Shown here one piece after another: positions 1 through 9,400 of a DNA stretch of 64,000 nt. A program made the translations under genes and the position numbers. Source of the stretch: a virus. Each line of letters begins with the position of its first letter. The stretch's first letter is position 1. The notes beneath the pieces were generated by a model. The model made no database searches, was not told the origin of the DNA, and saw only the letters and a program-made list of their open reading frames with translations. The stretch is from the IMG/VR virus record IMGVR_UViG_3300025949_000023, positions 1 to 64,000 of that record. One strand, written 5' to 3'.

Positions 1-7
1 CCGCTTT

Positions 8-604
8 CTACTGGTCTGCAGCATAACCGGATATTGTTTTACATTCCAGCAGGCCCTCCGCGCTGGTGTCGGTTTTGTTTATTATCCTGTCCGCACTCAC
101 AAATATCCAAGGGTATTTCTTGTTCTGCGCATAAGCGTTTAACCTGCGGCATTTGCGTACAATAGTGCCAGCAGTGTAGTTGGCAATCATTCCCTCCTGG
201 TTGCCATCCCAGTACTGCCATTTGTCGGCAATCTGCGCTTCATGCTCTCTGCCCCAAAACATAGCCGCGTTGTCAATATTCGGCTTCTCCCATGCACCAA
301 CTTTGGTGTAGTAAAGTTCTGTAGCGCTCAGGTAGTCATTTTGCATCAGCAGGGCAAACATTTCGCTACTGCCTACGCAGGGGAAATCGAAGTTTATCCA
401 GCCATTAGACTGAAAGAATTGTACAAGTATGTCGTATTTATACTTACTCGGTGTTAAGCTTAAATCATCCTGTAAGTCAAATCCAGTTCCATAAAGAGAA
501 TCAGCAATCTTCTTCTTCACATGAAACAGCGGCTTTCTCCATTCCAGCCATTCGTCACGGCTCATTTCCTTGGTGGACGTTAATATTAAGTTTTGCTGGT
601 TCAT
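8..604 (-). CDS. YqaJ-like viral recombinase/exonuclease, apparently truncated at a TAG next to the window edge
   Basis: MSRDEWLEWRK, GSSE, FWGREHE, SADR and LECKT motifs of the YqaJ/lambda-exonuclease family; the usual C-terminal YxxQxQ motif is missing. Confidence 0.75.
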   Translation of the reverse strand: MNQQNLILTSTKEMSRDEWLEWRKPLFHVKKKIADSLYGTGFDLQDDLSLTPSKYKYDILVQFFQSNGWINFDFPCVGSSEMFALLMQNDYLSATELYYTKVGAWEKPNIDNAAMFWGREHEAQIADKWQYWDGNQEGMIANYTAGTIVRKCRRLNAYAQNKKYPWIFVSADRIINKTDTSAEGLLECKTISGYAADQ

Positions 605-607
605 GCT

Positions 608-988
608 TTAGTAATTTGAAAGAAGCCTTTTTATTTTATCGCTTTCGTTTTCTTGTTGCTGTTTTATTTGCTGCTGCCTTTCCAATTCAGCACATTCAAT
701 ATCCCATTGTAAACCTGCTGCCAATTTTTGAAAATCTTCTATCCACTTACCTTTGTGAAGCCATCCGTATGTTTCTGTCCACCCAGGTTGCCCACCAGTA
801 ATACCATATATTTCAACTGCGTCTTTGTTTGTACAAAGGTTATTTGAGCCGTTTGGTATGGCCTGTTCTCCATCTGGCAACAATTGAATATGAAATGTAT
901 TGCCCCTTGCGTGATGGCCTGATACAATGTAAAATCTTCCATATTGCCCTGTTTTAAATAAGTGGGCGTATTTCTCAGTGCCTTTCAT
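608..988 (-). CDS. hypothetical protein (126 aa)
   Basis: ORF tightly packed with the exonuclease gene. Confidence 0.6.
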   Translation of the reverse strand: MKGTEKYAHLFKTGQYGRFYIVSGHHARGNTFHIQLLPDGEQAIPNGSNNLCTNKDAVEIYGITGGQPGWTETYGWLHKGKWIEDFQKLAAGLQWDIECAELERQQQIKQQQENESDKIKRLLSNY

Positions 989-1016
989 TTTGAATGTGTT
1001 TAAAGTTTAACAGTGA

Positions 1017-1131
1017 AAGGCTTGGCGGGGGCAGGATTTTACCTGCTTGGAAGGGCAAAGGATATACTGGAACGCTACCCTCCATCCCCAGTACTTGTTT
1101 CACCTTGTGGATTTTTCCCCCGCTTCTGCCT
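1017..1131 (-). ncRNA. candidate tRNA-like structured RNA
   Basis: GCGGGG/CCCCGC acceptor-like stem, GCAGG-TAAAAT-CCTGC T-arm-like hairpin and TACTGG/CCAGTA hairpin in intergenic DNA. Confidence 0.4.
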
Positions 1132-1252
1132 CTCTTTATTGTGACGGGTTAGTAAACATTTAAAAAGGCAGCTCGGACACTTTCGGCTCACCTGTGGTTA
1201 AGTTACTCCGTCCGATATTAAAGCACACTGCCAGTTGTGTGTTCAACACAAA

Positions 1253-2065
1253 CTATTTCCTTATCGCAGCGGCTGCAGCATCAGTAGCCTGCTTTGCCTT
1301 ATCAGCCGCCGTAGGTTTCTTTAATTCATTCCTGCGGGCATCAAACACCAGCTTAATCTTTGGGTTAGCCGCTATCTGCTCTTTATTGGCCTCCTCCATG
1401 GCATCCAGTTCTTCCACTGTTTTTTTGTCTGCCAGCAGCTCACGCCACATAGTTATCTCGCTGGGTTCTACACCCTGCAGGTCGCCCACTTCACCGTCTG
1501 CCATTTCTATGCCCGTAATAAGCTCATATAAGCGCTTCCTTGCCTTTCTTTCTGCCTTGCCTATCGCAGCATCAGCGGTACCATAAGAGCCGAATTTCAC
1601 GGCTATATCCCACTCCCTCGTTTGCTGGGCGCCGTCCCCTATACTCCATGTGGCTTTCATCACCACCGCAGCGCTGGTTTTATCCGCACTTATACGCGGC
1701 AGGCCAGGTGTTATTTCCCATGTAAGCCCTGCGTAGTTATCCAGCAGGTATTTAAACCCTTCTTTGGTTATGTACGTATTGCCGGAGATAATGTTGAATT
1801 GATTGCCAGTTGGCTGGACGCCGCTTAAAACAGCTTCAATCAGGCAATTCTTCACCGTTTCTTCGTCATACGGCTTATCCACCTTAAAACCTAAGCGGTT
1901 ATTCTGCAATGCCATAATAGGCGCCATATACTTATGGTCAAGCTTTTCTTTTAAATCGGCAAACGCCTGGGCGACTAAATTAGCGCGTTCAAACCCTTGC
2001 AGCGATTGGGCGCTTACCACCATCTGTATGCTGGCATCCACCTGCTTTGTTATTTCGTTTGACAT
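1253..2065 (-). CDS. probable single-strand annealing (RecT-like) recombination protein
   Basis: Core resembling phage SSAPs (GVQPTGNQFNII, YITKEG, AIGKAERKA); upstream of the YqaJ exonuclease. Confidence 0.5.
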   Translation of the reverse strand: MSNEITKQVDASIQMVVSAQSLQGFERANLVAQAFADLKEKLDHKYMAPIMALQNNRLGFKVDKPYDEETVKNCLIEAVLSGVQPTGNQFNIISGNTYITKEGFKYLLDNYAGLTWEITPGLPRISADKTSAAVVMKATWSIGDGAQQTREWDIAVKFGSYGTADAAIGKAERKARKRLYELITGIEMADGEVGDLQGVEPSEITMWRELLADKKTVEELDAMEEANKEQIAANPKIKLVFDARRNELKKPTAADKAKQATDAAAAAIRK

Positions 2066-2452
2066 TTATTTGTTGTTTTGTTGTTTCTCGTAAAACTTAT
2101 TAGTCAGGTCAACGTAGTGCCACTGCAAATCCCTGTACCGATAAAAACGCTTTTCCCACTTAGCCTGCATTGATTCATCGTCCGTAGACAAATATTCAAT
2201 ATTAGCGTCTTTCATCTTTTGTGCGAAGTAATTGGCGCTGTCTGCGTACAGGTGGTTCATTTGGAAATAGTACAAACTACTATCTAATTTAGCCCACATA
2301 CTATCATGTTGCTTTATTGACAAATCGGCTCGTTTTATTGCCGAGTCGACCTGTTCCATTACAGAATCAGAATGATTTTTAAGAAAAACATTTTGTTTCG
2401 CATTATTACACGATAATAAAGCTACTAAAAGCAAACATGGCACCTTTGACAT
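2066..2452 (-). CDS. putative lipoprotein
   Basis: Hydrophobic N-terminus ending in a lipobox-like LLS-C. Confidence 0.55.
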   Translation of the reverse strand: MSKVPCLLLVALLSCNNAKQNVFLKNHSDSVMEQVDSAIKRADLSIKQHDSMWAKLDSSLYYFQMNHLYADSANYFAQKMKDANIEYLSTDDESMQAKWEKRFYRYRDLQWHYVDLTNKFYEKQQNNK

Positions 2453-2474
2453 TTGAAGTTTTTATTGGTTAAAG

Positions 2475-2918
2475 TTACTTGTTTACAAACTCGCTTAAAA
2501 GCCTAATGATTTGCTCCCAATTATTTTTAAGCAGCACATAGTTTCTTCTGCTCGGATGTGGAAGTGAAAGGATGGTTATATCCTCACCAAATCTACTTGG
2601 AGTAATGCTATAGAAATCACCTCTTGCCCACTCTTTAACAGACTTCCTGCCAAAGCAAATAACCTTCTTGTATACAGAGGCCTTATTATACAGAGAAGGG
2701 AAGTGCTCCTCAATGTCTTTGGACTTTGGTATACTATGCCCTCCACTTTTACTCTTACCTAAAAACTTATCACTAAGGGCATCAAAGATGAATACTTCCT
2801 GAGCAGAATTTTTATCAATACCTATTTCAGAAAGCATATCATAGAGCAGCGTGCTATCGTAAGGCAATTTTTGCTCCTTTGCCGGTAAGGCTTGTCCAAT
2901 AATCAATATCTTACTCAT
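2475..2918 (-). CDS. uracil-DNA glycosylase superfamily protein (minimal)
   Basis: ILIIGQA motif A, VICFGR strand and LPHPSRRN motif B. Confidence 0.65.
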   Translation of the reverse strand: MSKILIIGQALPAKEQKLPYDSTLLYDMLSEIGIDKNSAQEVFIFDALSDKFLGKSKSGGHSIPKSKDIEEHFPSLYNKASVYKKVICFGRKSVKEWARGDFYSITPSRFGEDITILSLPHPSRRNYVLLKNNWEQIIRLLSEFVNK

Positions 2919-3453
2919 GATAGGTAGTTTTTGCTGCTTCTCTCAATCCTGCCGGGTGCCCTAATTGCTTTGTCGTATTTGAGTGTGATGTGTCCCAAAG
3001 CTTATTTGCCACATAGTTTGATATGTTTTTGACCTCTGTATTAGCTATATGCAATATTCCGTTTACGCCTACTTTAAAATAGCTTTTTATCGGTAGTTTT
3101 ACACACATCATTAACATAGGTATTGGTGCCTGCCGAGTTTTTACCGGCGCATCTGGCCCGAAGTATTGCACCCACGAAACACCTTCTTTGTTGTTGTATC
3201 TTAGCCCTGTTAGGCCGTCGCCAACCGTTTCTAAATAGAACCCATTTTTAAGCGCCCAATTTTTTACAGTACCAATACTTCCCTGCGGAAATAGAATAGA
3301 CAGCATTAAGCAATCTTCAGGGATAGATAAAGATACAGGGTTAACCTGAAATTGCCACCCAACCGATTCCGGCATTCTTGCAAAGTAAGAAGCAAATGTG
3401 CATCCAATCTTGCCTGATTTAATCCAGTCAAGGTTTTGCTGTATTGAGTTCAT
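2911..3453 (-). CDS. hypothetical protein (180 aa)
   Basis: ORF overlapping the UDG-like gene; AAACACATG start. Confidence 0.6.
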   Translation of the reverse strand: MNSIQQNLDWIKSGKIGCTFASYFARMPESVGWQFQVNPVSLSIPEDCLMLSILFPQGSIGTVKNWALKNGFYLETVGDGLTGLRYNNKEGVSWVQYFGPDAPVKTRQAPIPMLMMCVKLPIKSYFKVGVNGILHIANTEVKNISNYVANKLWDTSHSNTTKQLGHPAGLREAAKTTYHE

Positions 3454-3467
3454 GTGTTTAAAATTAA

Positions 3468-3698
3468 CTAAGCCTTTTCTTTCGCTGGGATAAAAAACGT
3501 ATCAGCGCTTATGCCCAGCCATGCACACAGGTTCCCAAAAGTATTAACATCAGGCTCGCTACCACCCTCGCACCGAGAAAAAGTGGCTTTGCTTATATGA
3601 GCCTCATTTGCAGCATCCTGCATGGTTAATCTTAAATCTATGAATCGCTTTTGCTTTATTGCTTTTGAGAAGGAAACTTTATCAAATTCAAGTTTCAT
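3468..3698 (-). CDS. XRE/Cro-family helix-turn-helix regulator
   Basis: LTMQDAANEAHISKATFSRCEGG..PDVNTF..LCAWLG pattern. Confidence 0.85.
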   Translation of the reverse strand: MKLEFDKVSFSKAIKQKRFIDLRLTMQDAANEAHISKATFSRCEGGSEPDVNTFGNLCAWLGISADTFFIPAKEKA

Positions 3699-3716
3699 GT
3701 GTTTGTTTCTGTTTCA

Positions 3717-3748
3717 CAAATGTAAATATGTTTCATTGATACCACAAA
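3717..3748 (-). promoter_or_regulatory. Bacteroidota sigma70-type promoter for the XRE operon
   Basis: TTTG (3748-3745), 20-nt spacer, TACATTTG (3724-3717). Confidence 0.7.
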
Positions 3749-3770
3749 ATTTATTTTTATTTTTTTTCAA

Positions 3771-3804
3771 AATAAAAAGCGGAGAAGAATAATCAACTCC
3801 GCTT
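3771..3804 (-). terminator. intrinsic terminator after the lysis/membrane genes
   Basis: AAGCGGAG/CTCCGCTT stem followed by a T-rich tract on the minus strand. Confidence 0.6.
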
Positions 3805-3863
3805 AAACACATGAATACAGGCTGGAATGAGCCGTATTTATAACAAATTGCTGTAAAAGTATA

Positions 3864-4172
3864 TTAAAAATCTTTAGTCTTTGCGGTTATCACCTTTTTG
3901 AAGGTTGTCCATATCAACAGCAGCACAGCATCACCATAGCGGCCTACAATCACTGCCATGCCGTTTTTAAGCCAATCCTGGGCATCGTAATGGTTGAGGA
4001 TATTCCATACTATCCATGCGCAGGCAAAGGCCGTTAAAGAGTGCGCTATGGCCTCCCATATCGTCAATTCTCTTTCTTTCTTAATCATCGCAAGTTTAGT
4101 TGCAAGACCTATGCCGACACTCGCAGCATATATTAAAAATTTAACAACTATGCTCTGTTGTTCATTTTCCAT
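3864..4172 (-). CDS. holin-like membrane protein
   Basis: About three hydrophobic segments, basic C-terminus, downstream of tail genes. Confidence 0.55.
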   Translation of the reverse strand: MENEQQSIVVKFLIYAASVGIGLATKLAMIKKERELTIWEAIAHSLTAFACAWIVWNILNHYDAQDWLKNGMAVIVGRYGDAVLLLIWTTFKKVITAKTKDF

Positions 4173-4525
4173 TGTCTTTTTAGCTTTGCTATTGTGTAGA
4201 TAAATGCCAGTGCTGTAAACGCAACCTCATTCCAGCCGAATTTTGTCGGGTCAAAGAATAACAAATCCACCAAATCATTTATTCCAAAGATAATCCACAA
4301 AAACGTTAGCACTTTAGCCCAATATATTTCTTTAAGCAGTTTTTTACCCGCATTTAATAATAAACTCTCCACGCGAACTATTAAAGAATATATCAAAGCT
4401 CCTGCCAGCAAATATTGTATCGTCTCGGCTTTATAAAAGAAGTTGTGCTTAATATACTGCCACAGATTAAACTGGGCTATATTAAGCACAATCATACTTC
4501 CTAATACAATGTTTTGCTTCCTCAC
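4148..4525 (-). CDS. multi-pass membrane protein
   Basis: About four hydrophobic segments; GTG start overlaps the upstream stop. Confidence 0.6.
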   Translation of the reverse strand: MRKQNIVLGSMIVLNIAQFNLWQYIKHNFFYKAETIQYLLAGALIYSLIVRVESLLLNAGKKLLKEIYWAKVLTFLWIIFGINDLVDLLFFDPTKFGWNEVAFTALAFIYTIAKLKRQWKMNNRA

Positions 4526-4644
4526 TTACCTGGCCCTCCCGGCCCTTGTGTTGGTGGCTGGCTACCTGGTCCGTCTGCATCTGCAGCATGCGGAAAATCA
4601 GGCGTAGGCTGAGGTTTTGGTGCTGGCTTCTTGTCCTTTGACAT
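4522..4644 (-). CDS. 40-aa Pro/Gly-rich peptide (not in ORF track)
   Basis: MSKDKKPAPKPQPTPDFPHAADADGPGSQPPTQGPGGPGK exactly fills the gap; its TGA overlaps the next GTG. Confidence 0.55.
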   Translation of the reverse strand: MSKDKKPAPKPQPTPDFPHAADADGPGSQPPTQGPGGPGK

Positions 4645-4647
4645 ATA

Positions 4648-4971
4648 CTAAGGCTTTGGTTCCGTAGTGATGGTTTGCTTTACGGTTATGTCGGTATTGG
4701 ATTGCGACTGCGGCAATTCCACTATTGTAGGCGCTTTACTCTCGCTTTGGGCAAAATTACCCGCGCTGTTGCTAAATAGGTTTTTAATTATATAACCTAC
4801 AGTAAACACCAAGGCCGATACCAGTATTGGCTTAAAATCAGCCCATGTGGTTGGCAGTTTGCCTGAACTAAGTAAATCATACACGCTATACATTAAAGAG
4901 CCAAAAAAGGCCACCAAAACGCCGTGTATGGCATCTTTCCAGTTAAGGCTCAAAAACTTTGCCTTTTGCAT
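4648..4971 (-). CDS. holin-like membrane protein
   Basis: FLSLNWKD..HG start, two TM segments, YIIKNLF motif. Confidence 0.6.
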   Translation of the reverse strand: MQKAKFLSLNWKDAIHGVLVAFFGSLMYSVYDLLSSGKLPTTWADFKPILVSALVFTVGYIIKNLFSNSAGNFAQSESKAPTIVELPQSQSNTDITVKQTITTEPKP

Positions 4972-5003
4972 AACTTTTGGTTTTGTTTAAATAAAGATAA
5001 AAG

Positions 5004-5276
5004 TTATTTACGAAACCATGCCTCAATCTTCTCCTGCATATCCCTGAGCTCCCTGATAAGGCCAGCCTCCTTGTTTATTTCTTCCTGGTACAGCCCAAAC
5101 ACTTTATCCATTACATCCTTGATTATGGCGTCCTTGGCCTCGCATTGTTTCATCCAAAAGGATTCCCTTTTGCTCAAGTATTTCCCTCCAAACCATACAA
5201 CTGCCACGAGTGCCAGCACCAGTATAATCACAATGGCAGGCAACCCCAAAAACCATGATGTTAGCTTATCCTGCAT
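5004..5276 (-). CDS. N-terminal TM plus coiled-coil protein
   Basis: Hydrophobic N-terminus, charged helical C-terminus. Confidence 0.55.
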   Translation of the reverse strand: MQDKLTSWFLGLPAIVIILVLALVAVVWFGGKYLSKRESFWMKQCEAKDAIIKDVMDKVFGLYQEEINKEAGLIRELRDMQEKIEAWFRK

Positions 5277-5955
5277 TAGTTTGTATATTTTTTAATGCTG
5301 TTTTAACATACCCTTTTTTGAACAATGACGGGGTAGTAAGCGCTTTTTCAATATCCCACCCATAGCTAAAAATCCTGTGATGAAGGCACCTTCTATTAAT
5401 TCCAAATTGTTCAGCCCAGTGGATTAAAAGCTTAGTTTCCCCATTGTAGGTAATAAAATTACTTCTCCTTGTATTTCTGTTTTGCTCAGTTCTGGTACCC
5501 CAATAACAGTTGTCTTTGTCATAATTACCGCCATTATTACGTCTTTCTATCGTAGCCCCGATAAATGGACGATGCCCCATGTCTGCCAAAAAGGCCTCAA
5601 AAGAGTTTTTCCACCTTTCACATACCGTAATACCTCTGCCTCCATAATCCTTATACTGTTTATTTTTTATGTAATAACACCGTTGCTTCATTGCCGCCCA
5701 GCTATTGTATTCAAGGCTATGAGCTTTGCCATGAGAGGTGTTTCTGGCAATTAACACATTTGTTTTTGTTTTTTTAGCACAGCTTTTACATTGAGTAATA
5801 GCACCAGACCTGACCCAGTTTATTTTATTTTCAAATACAGCACCACAATGACATTTAAATTCTGCCATCCTTGCTGTGCCCTCGTTTGGCAAGTCTTTTA
5901 TAAAAAGGCATTCCCCTATTATGTCCCCGTTAAAATAAACTATTCTTTTGCCCAT
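5266..5955 (-). CDS. HNH-type homing endonuclease
   Basis: C-x-CG, YNSWAAMKQRC, YGGRGITVCERW, NFITYNGETK motifs; likely start MGKRIV at 5955. Confidence 0.85.
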   Translation of the reverse strand: MGKRIVYFNGDIIGECLFIKDLPNEGTARMAEFKCHCGAVFENKINWVRSGAITQCKSCAKKTKTNVLIARNTSHGKAHSLEYNSWAAMKQRCYYIKNKQYKDYGGRGITVCERWKNSFEAFLADMGHRPFIGATIERRNNGGNYDKDNCYWGTRTEQNRNTRRSNFITYNGETKLLIHWAEQFGINRRCLHHRIFSYGWDIEKALTTPSLFKKGYVKTALKNIQTNAG

Positions 5956-5987
5956 GTTTGGTGGTTTACCATAAAGGTACACAAAAA

Positions 5988-6416
5988 CTAATATCCGGTA
6001 ACGGTAACATGGCAATACGTATTTGAAAACGACTGGAGTGACTGCAAACCTACTACTTGAACACCTAAAACAGAAACAAGAGAAGTGTTACTCTGAACAA
6101 AATTAACCGTAACACTTGATGTGCTCCACGACTTTATACTGGCGATAGGCATAGATGCAACTGTACTGGTGTTAAGTGCCGGTTGCACCTGTATGCTTAG
6201 CACCTTTGTAAATCCTGCACTGCTTATATCAATCGCTTGAGAAGCTGATGTAACAGGAACAGTATCACACCAAATCTTCATGGGCTGGTTAATGGCTCCG
6301 TTTTTATTATAGTACCCGTACAGGTTATTTGCACCTGGCTGATACGCGCTCGTCGCAATAAGGTAAACAACGGCGGCAATCAAAATGGTGGCCATCCATA
6401 GATAATCTTTTTTCAT
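5988..6416 (-). CDS. small beta-rich tail-fibre-associated protein with N-terminal signal/TM segment
   Basis: Follows the tail spike; Ser/Thr/Val-rich, ends in HVTVTGY. Confidence 0.5.
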   Translation of the reverse strand: MKKDYLWMATILIAAVVYLIATSAYQPGANNLYGYYNKNGAINQPMKIWCDTVPVTSASQAIDISSAGFTKVLSIQVQPALNTSTVASMPIASIKSWSTSSVTVNFVQSNTSLVSVLGVQVVGLQSLQSFSNTYCHVTVTGY

Positions 6417-6434
6417 TGATTTGTTTTTTAAAAG

Positions 6435-9400
6435 TTATTCTACATAAAATAACGACCCTAATAATACAAAGTCTCTTGAATTACCCGCAGCTATAGTAAG
6501 CGTATTTACGGCAGATGTATCATAAATATCATTACCGCCAGCATTTGAGTTTACAGTAAGGTTTCCACTTCCGGCATTTTTGACGGTTATTTTAAACCAC
6601 CTGCCTCTTTTGTTTGTATCTACGGCGGGTAGTGTATATGTACCCGTAGTGCCAGTAAATGCATAATCCCCTGCATAAGAAAGAGATATATTGGTTGAAG
6701 ATGTAGAAGCCACTGGCGGGTCTAATACTTCGTATCTGCCTGTACTAAAATTTATGACAGTTGGATAAAACCCAGTTACAGCACCGCTATATGCAAAGGT
6801 TGTAGCAGTTGTTATGCTGCCGCTTTGTGGGAGCGATAAGTTACCTATGATAGTTGCATTTCCACTATCAAGTATCCCGTTTCCTATTAAGGTATCATGG
6901 GCATATATACTGTGCAAACTTGCTATGTTTACATTGCTGCGCGGTGCGCCTGCATAACCAAAGCTGCCCGTGCCAGTTATAGCTAAACTGGTAGAAAAGG
7001 CCGGGGCGGCTGTACTGGCTGTATTATTCCCAAATACCGTATTAGCCGCTACCGTTGCTGCGCCTGTCCCACCGTTAGCTATGGGTAATATCCCGCTTAC
7101 GTGAGTAGTTAAGCCCACTTTCCCGTATAATGGTGCTACGCCCACACCACCGCTTATTAGCACATTGCCCGTTGCTATGTCTGCCAGTTGGTTAAATGTA
7201 CTTGTGCCATTTGCAACCAATATATCACCTGTGGCATTATTTGCGTTAGTGTATTGTGCTTGTCGCATCCAGTTTGTACCGTTGTAATATTTTATTACAT
7301 TGCTTTCCGCTGTTACCATACCTGTTATCAAATTAGAAGAGGCCACCGTGCCATTGGGGATTACAAACGAAGGTATTGTCGATGTGCCTGCTGTAAACAA
7401 TTGCGCACCTGTTAACCCTACCGCATATATGCCGCCTGTCCCGCTCATAGTTATACCGCTGCCTGCTATTGCAGGGCTAAACCTATTATTTATTAAGTTT
7501 GTTACTGTTAAAGTTTGAGGGCTTACACCTCCTGTGGTAAATGTAACCGAATTTGACATATTTGCCGTTACAGTAGTAATGGTCCCTGTGGCTGTTGTAG
7601 TATCTGTTATTGTCATTGTATTTTGGCGGTATATATTCCCATTTGTTCCTAAAGCGCCTATTACTGTACCGCCTATATTTAATCTTGCCGCAGGTGTGGT
7701 TGCGCCTAACCCAACAAAGTTTTGAACACTATCATAATTAAAGTTTGTTGTACCAGTAATGTCATTTACCCCCCTGAATACTATTGCTTTTGCGGGTATG
7801 GATGTTGTGGCTGCTGGAACTGAACCCTTAATAAAATTTCCACTTGCATCTAAGTATAGTCCATTGGCGGCTGTCCCTGTGCTTAAATTATTTGCATTAA
7901 TACCAGCAACGGCGGTTAAGTTGCCCGCTATTCGCCTTGTGCTTACATCATAAGCTCCTTGAAATGTAGAACCAGTAAAACTAAATGCCCTTTCGTCCGG
8001 GAAAGCGTTTATTGCGCTTGTGTCATAGTTAAAAACAGTTTGTACATTATTAACAGTGTCAAACACCATTGGGTTTGTACCTGTATAAGCATTTGTCCCT
8101 GATTTTGTAATAGTGTTACTCATTACAGATAGCACGTTAGATTTGCGCGCCCATACAAATCTTTGGGCATTATTAAATGTTGCGGCAACCCTATTGTAGT
8201 TTAAGGAACTTGTTACGGAGTTAAATTCAAAATTGTTATTGTGTATGCTGGTAACGTAGTTTGAACTATCTACCGTTATATTATCATCCGAATTGCGCCA
8301 AAAATTATTGCTGTAAACCTCTGTGTTTTGTGCCGTACCTCTTACTATTATACATTTGCCGTTCGTAAGGAAATTATTTACCCCTATTTTGGTAAATGTA
8401 CCTTGCACCTCTACCACGCAGCTATCAGCATACCTTGTTTCAAATTCGTTATATTGAATTATATCGCCGGGGCTGCTGGTACACCTGCTTATTACTGCTT
8501 TTTTTGAAAGGTTGTAAAAGTCATTATTAAGTATATAGTGTTGCCCCGTTCCGCCACTTATAGCTACCGAACTGTTAGTAAAATGGCACTCGTTAAAACT
8601 CCAGCTATCAGTAGTTCCGTATCCCGTAAAGCTGGTATCGCCGCCATTAAAATAAACGTTGTATATCTTCCCTAACCCAACCGTTTTTAACCCTGCTGTG
8701 CTGTTTGTGGTTTGCCTCATAAGCATAAGCCTTACGCCTGTACCGGGTCGCTGGTTGCCTAATATAGCAATGTTTTTTATATTTATCCCCTGTGAACGGT
8801 AATTAGTTACCTCACTTGCACTGGTAACAAATCCATTGGTGTTATTATAAAATATAACCCCCGTCATTATCTTGTAAATAATGCTATCAGTTGCGTTCAC
8901 AAATTGCGTGGGAAATAATGGGTTTTGCCCTTCAATCACTGTTCCGTTACCCAATATAAGACTATCGCCAACACCCCATATACCTGTATTTCGCTTAGTA
9001 AAAATTACTTTTGTATTACGCGCTGGATAAGCGTTTATGGCAAGCTGTATAGCCGCCTTATTATCTGTACCAGTACCCGTAAGCAAATCCCAATCATCTA
9101 CTGCACCAAACCATGCTACATTAAGCCCGTTAGCTTGGCTGTATTGCCTTACCCACCATTTATTAGCACCTAACCCTGTTGCTGCAAACCTTGTACCTCC
9201 ATCTGCTGTAAGAGTGCTTGAATTAACCAGCAAAAAGTTACCACCCCTTAATGTATCTGTTACATAAACACTTGTACTTGCCCCTGTATAGGCTTGCATG
9301 GCTGCGATAGATGCAAAGTTTGTTGCACCGCTAAATGCTGTTGCGGCTACTGCTTTTACTACGCTATCGGTAGTGCCTTTTACTAAAATACTATCGCTGC

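Noticed and set aside
3805-3843. AAACACATG followed by a 10-codon ORF
   Set aside because: Too short, and lies against a terminator on the opposite strand; not counted as a gene
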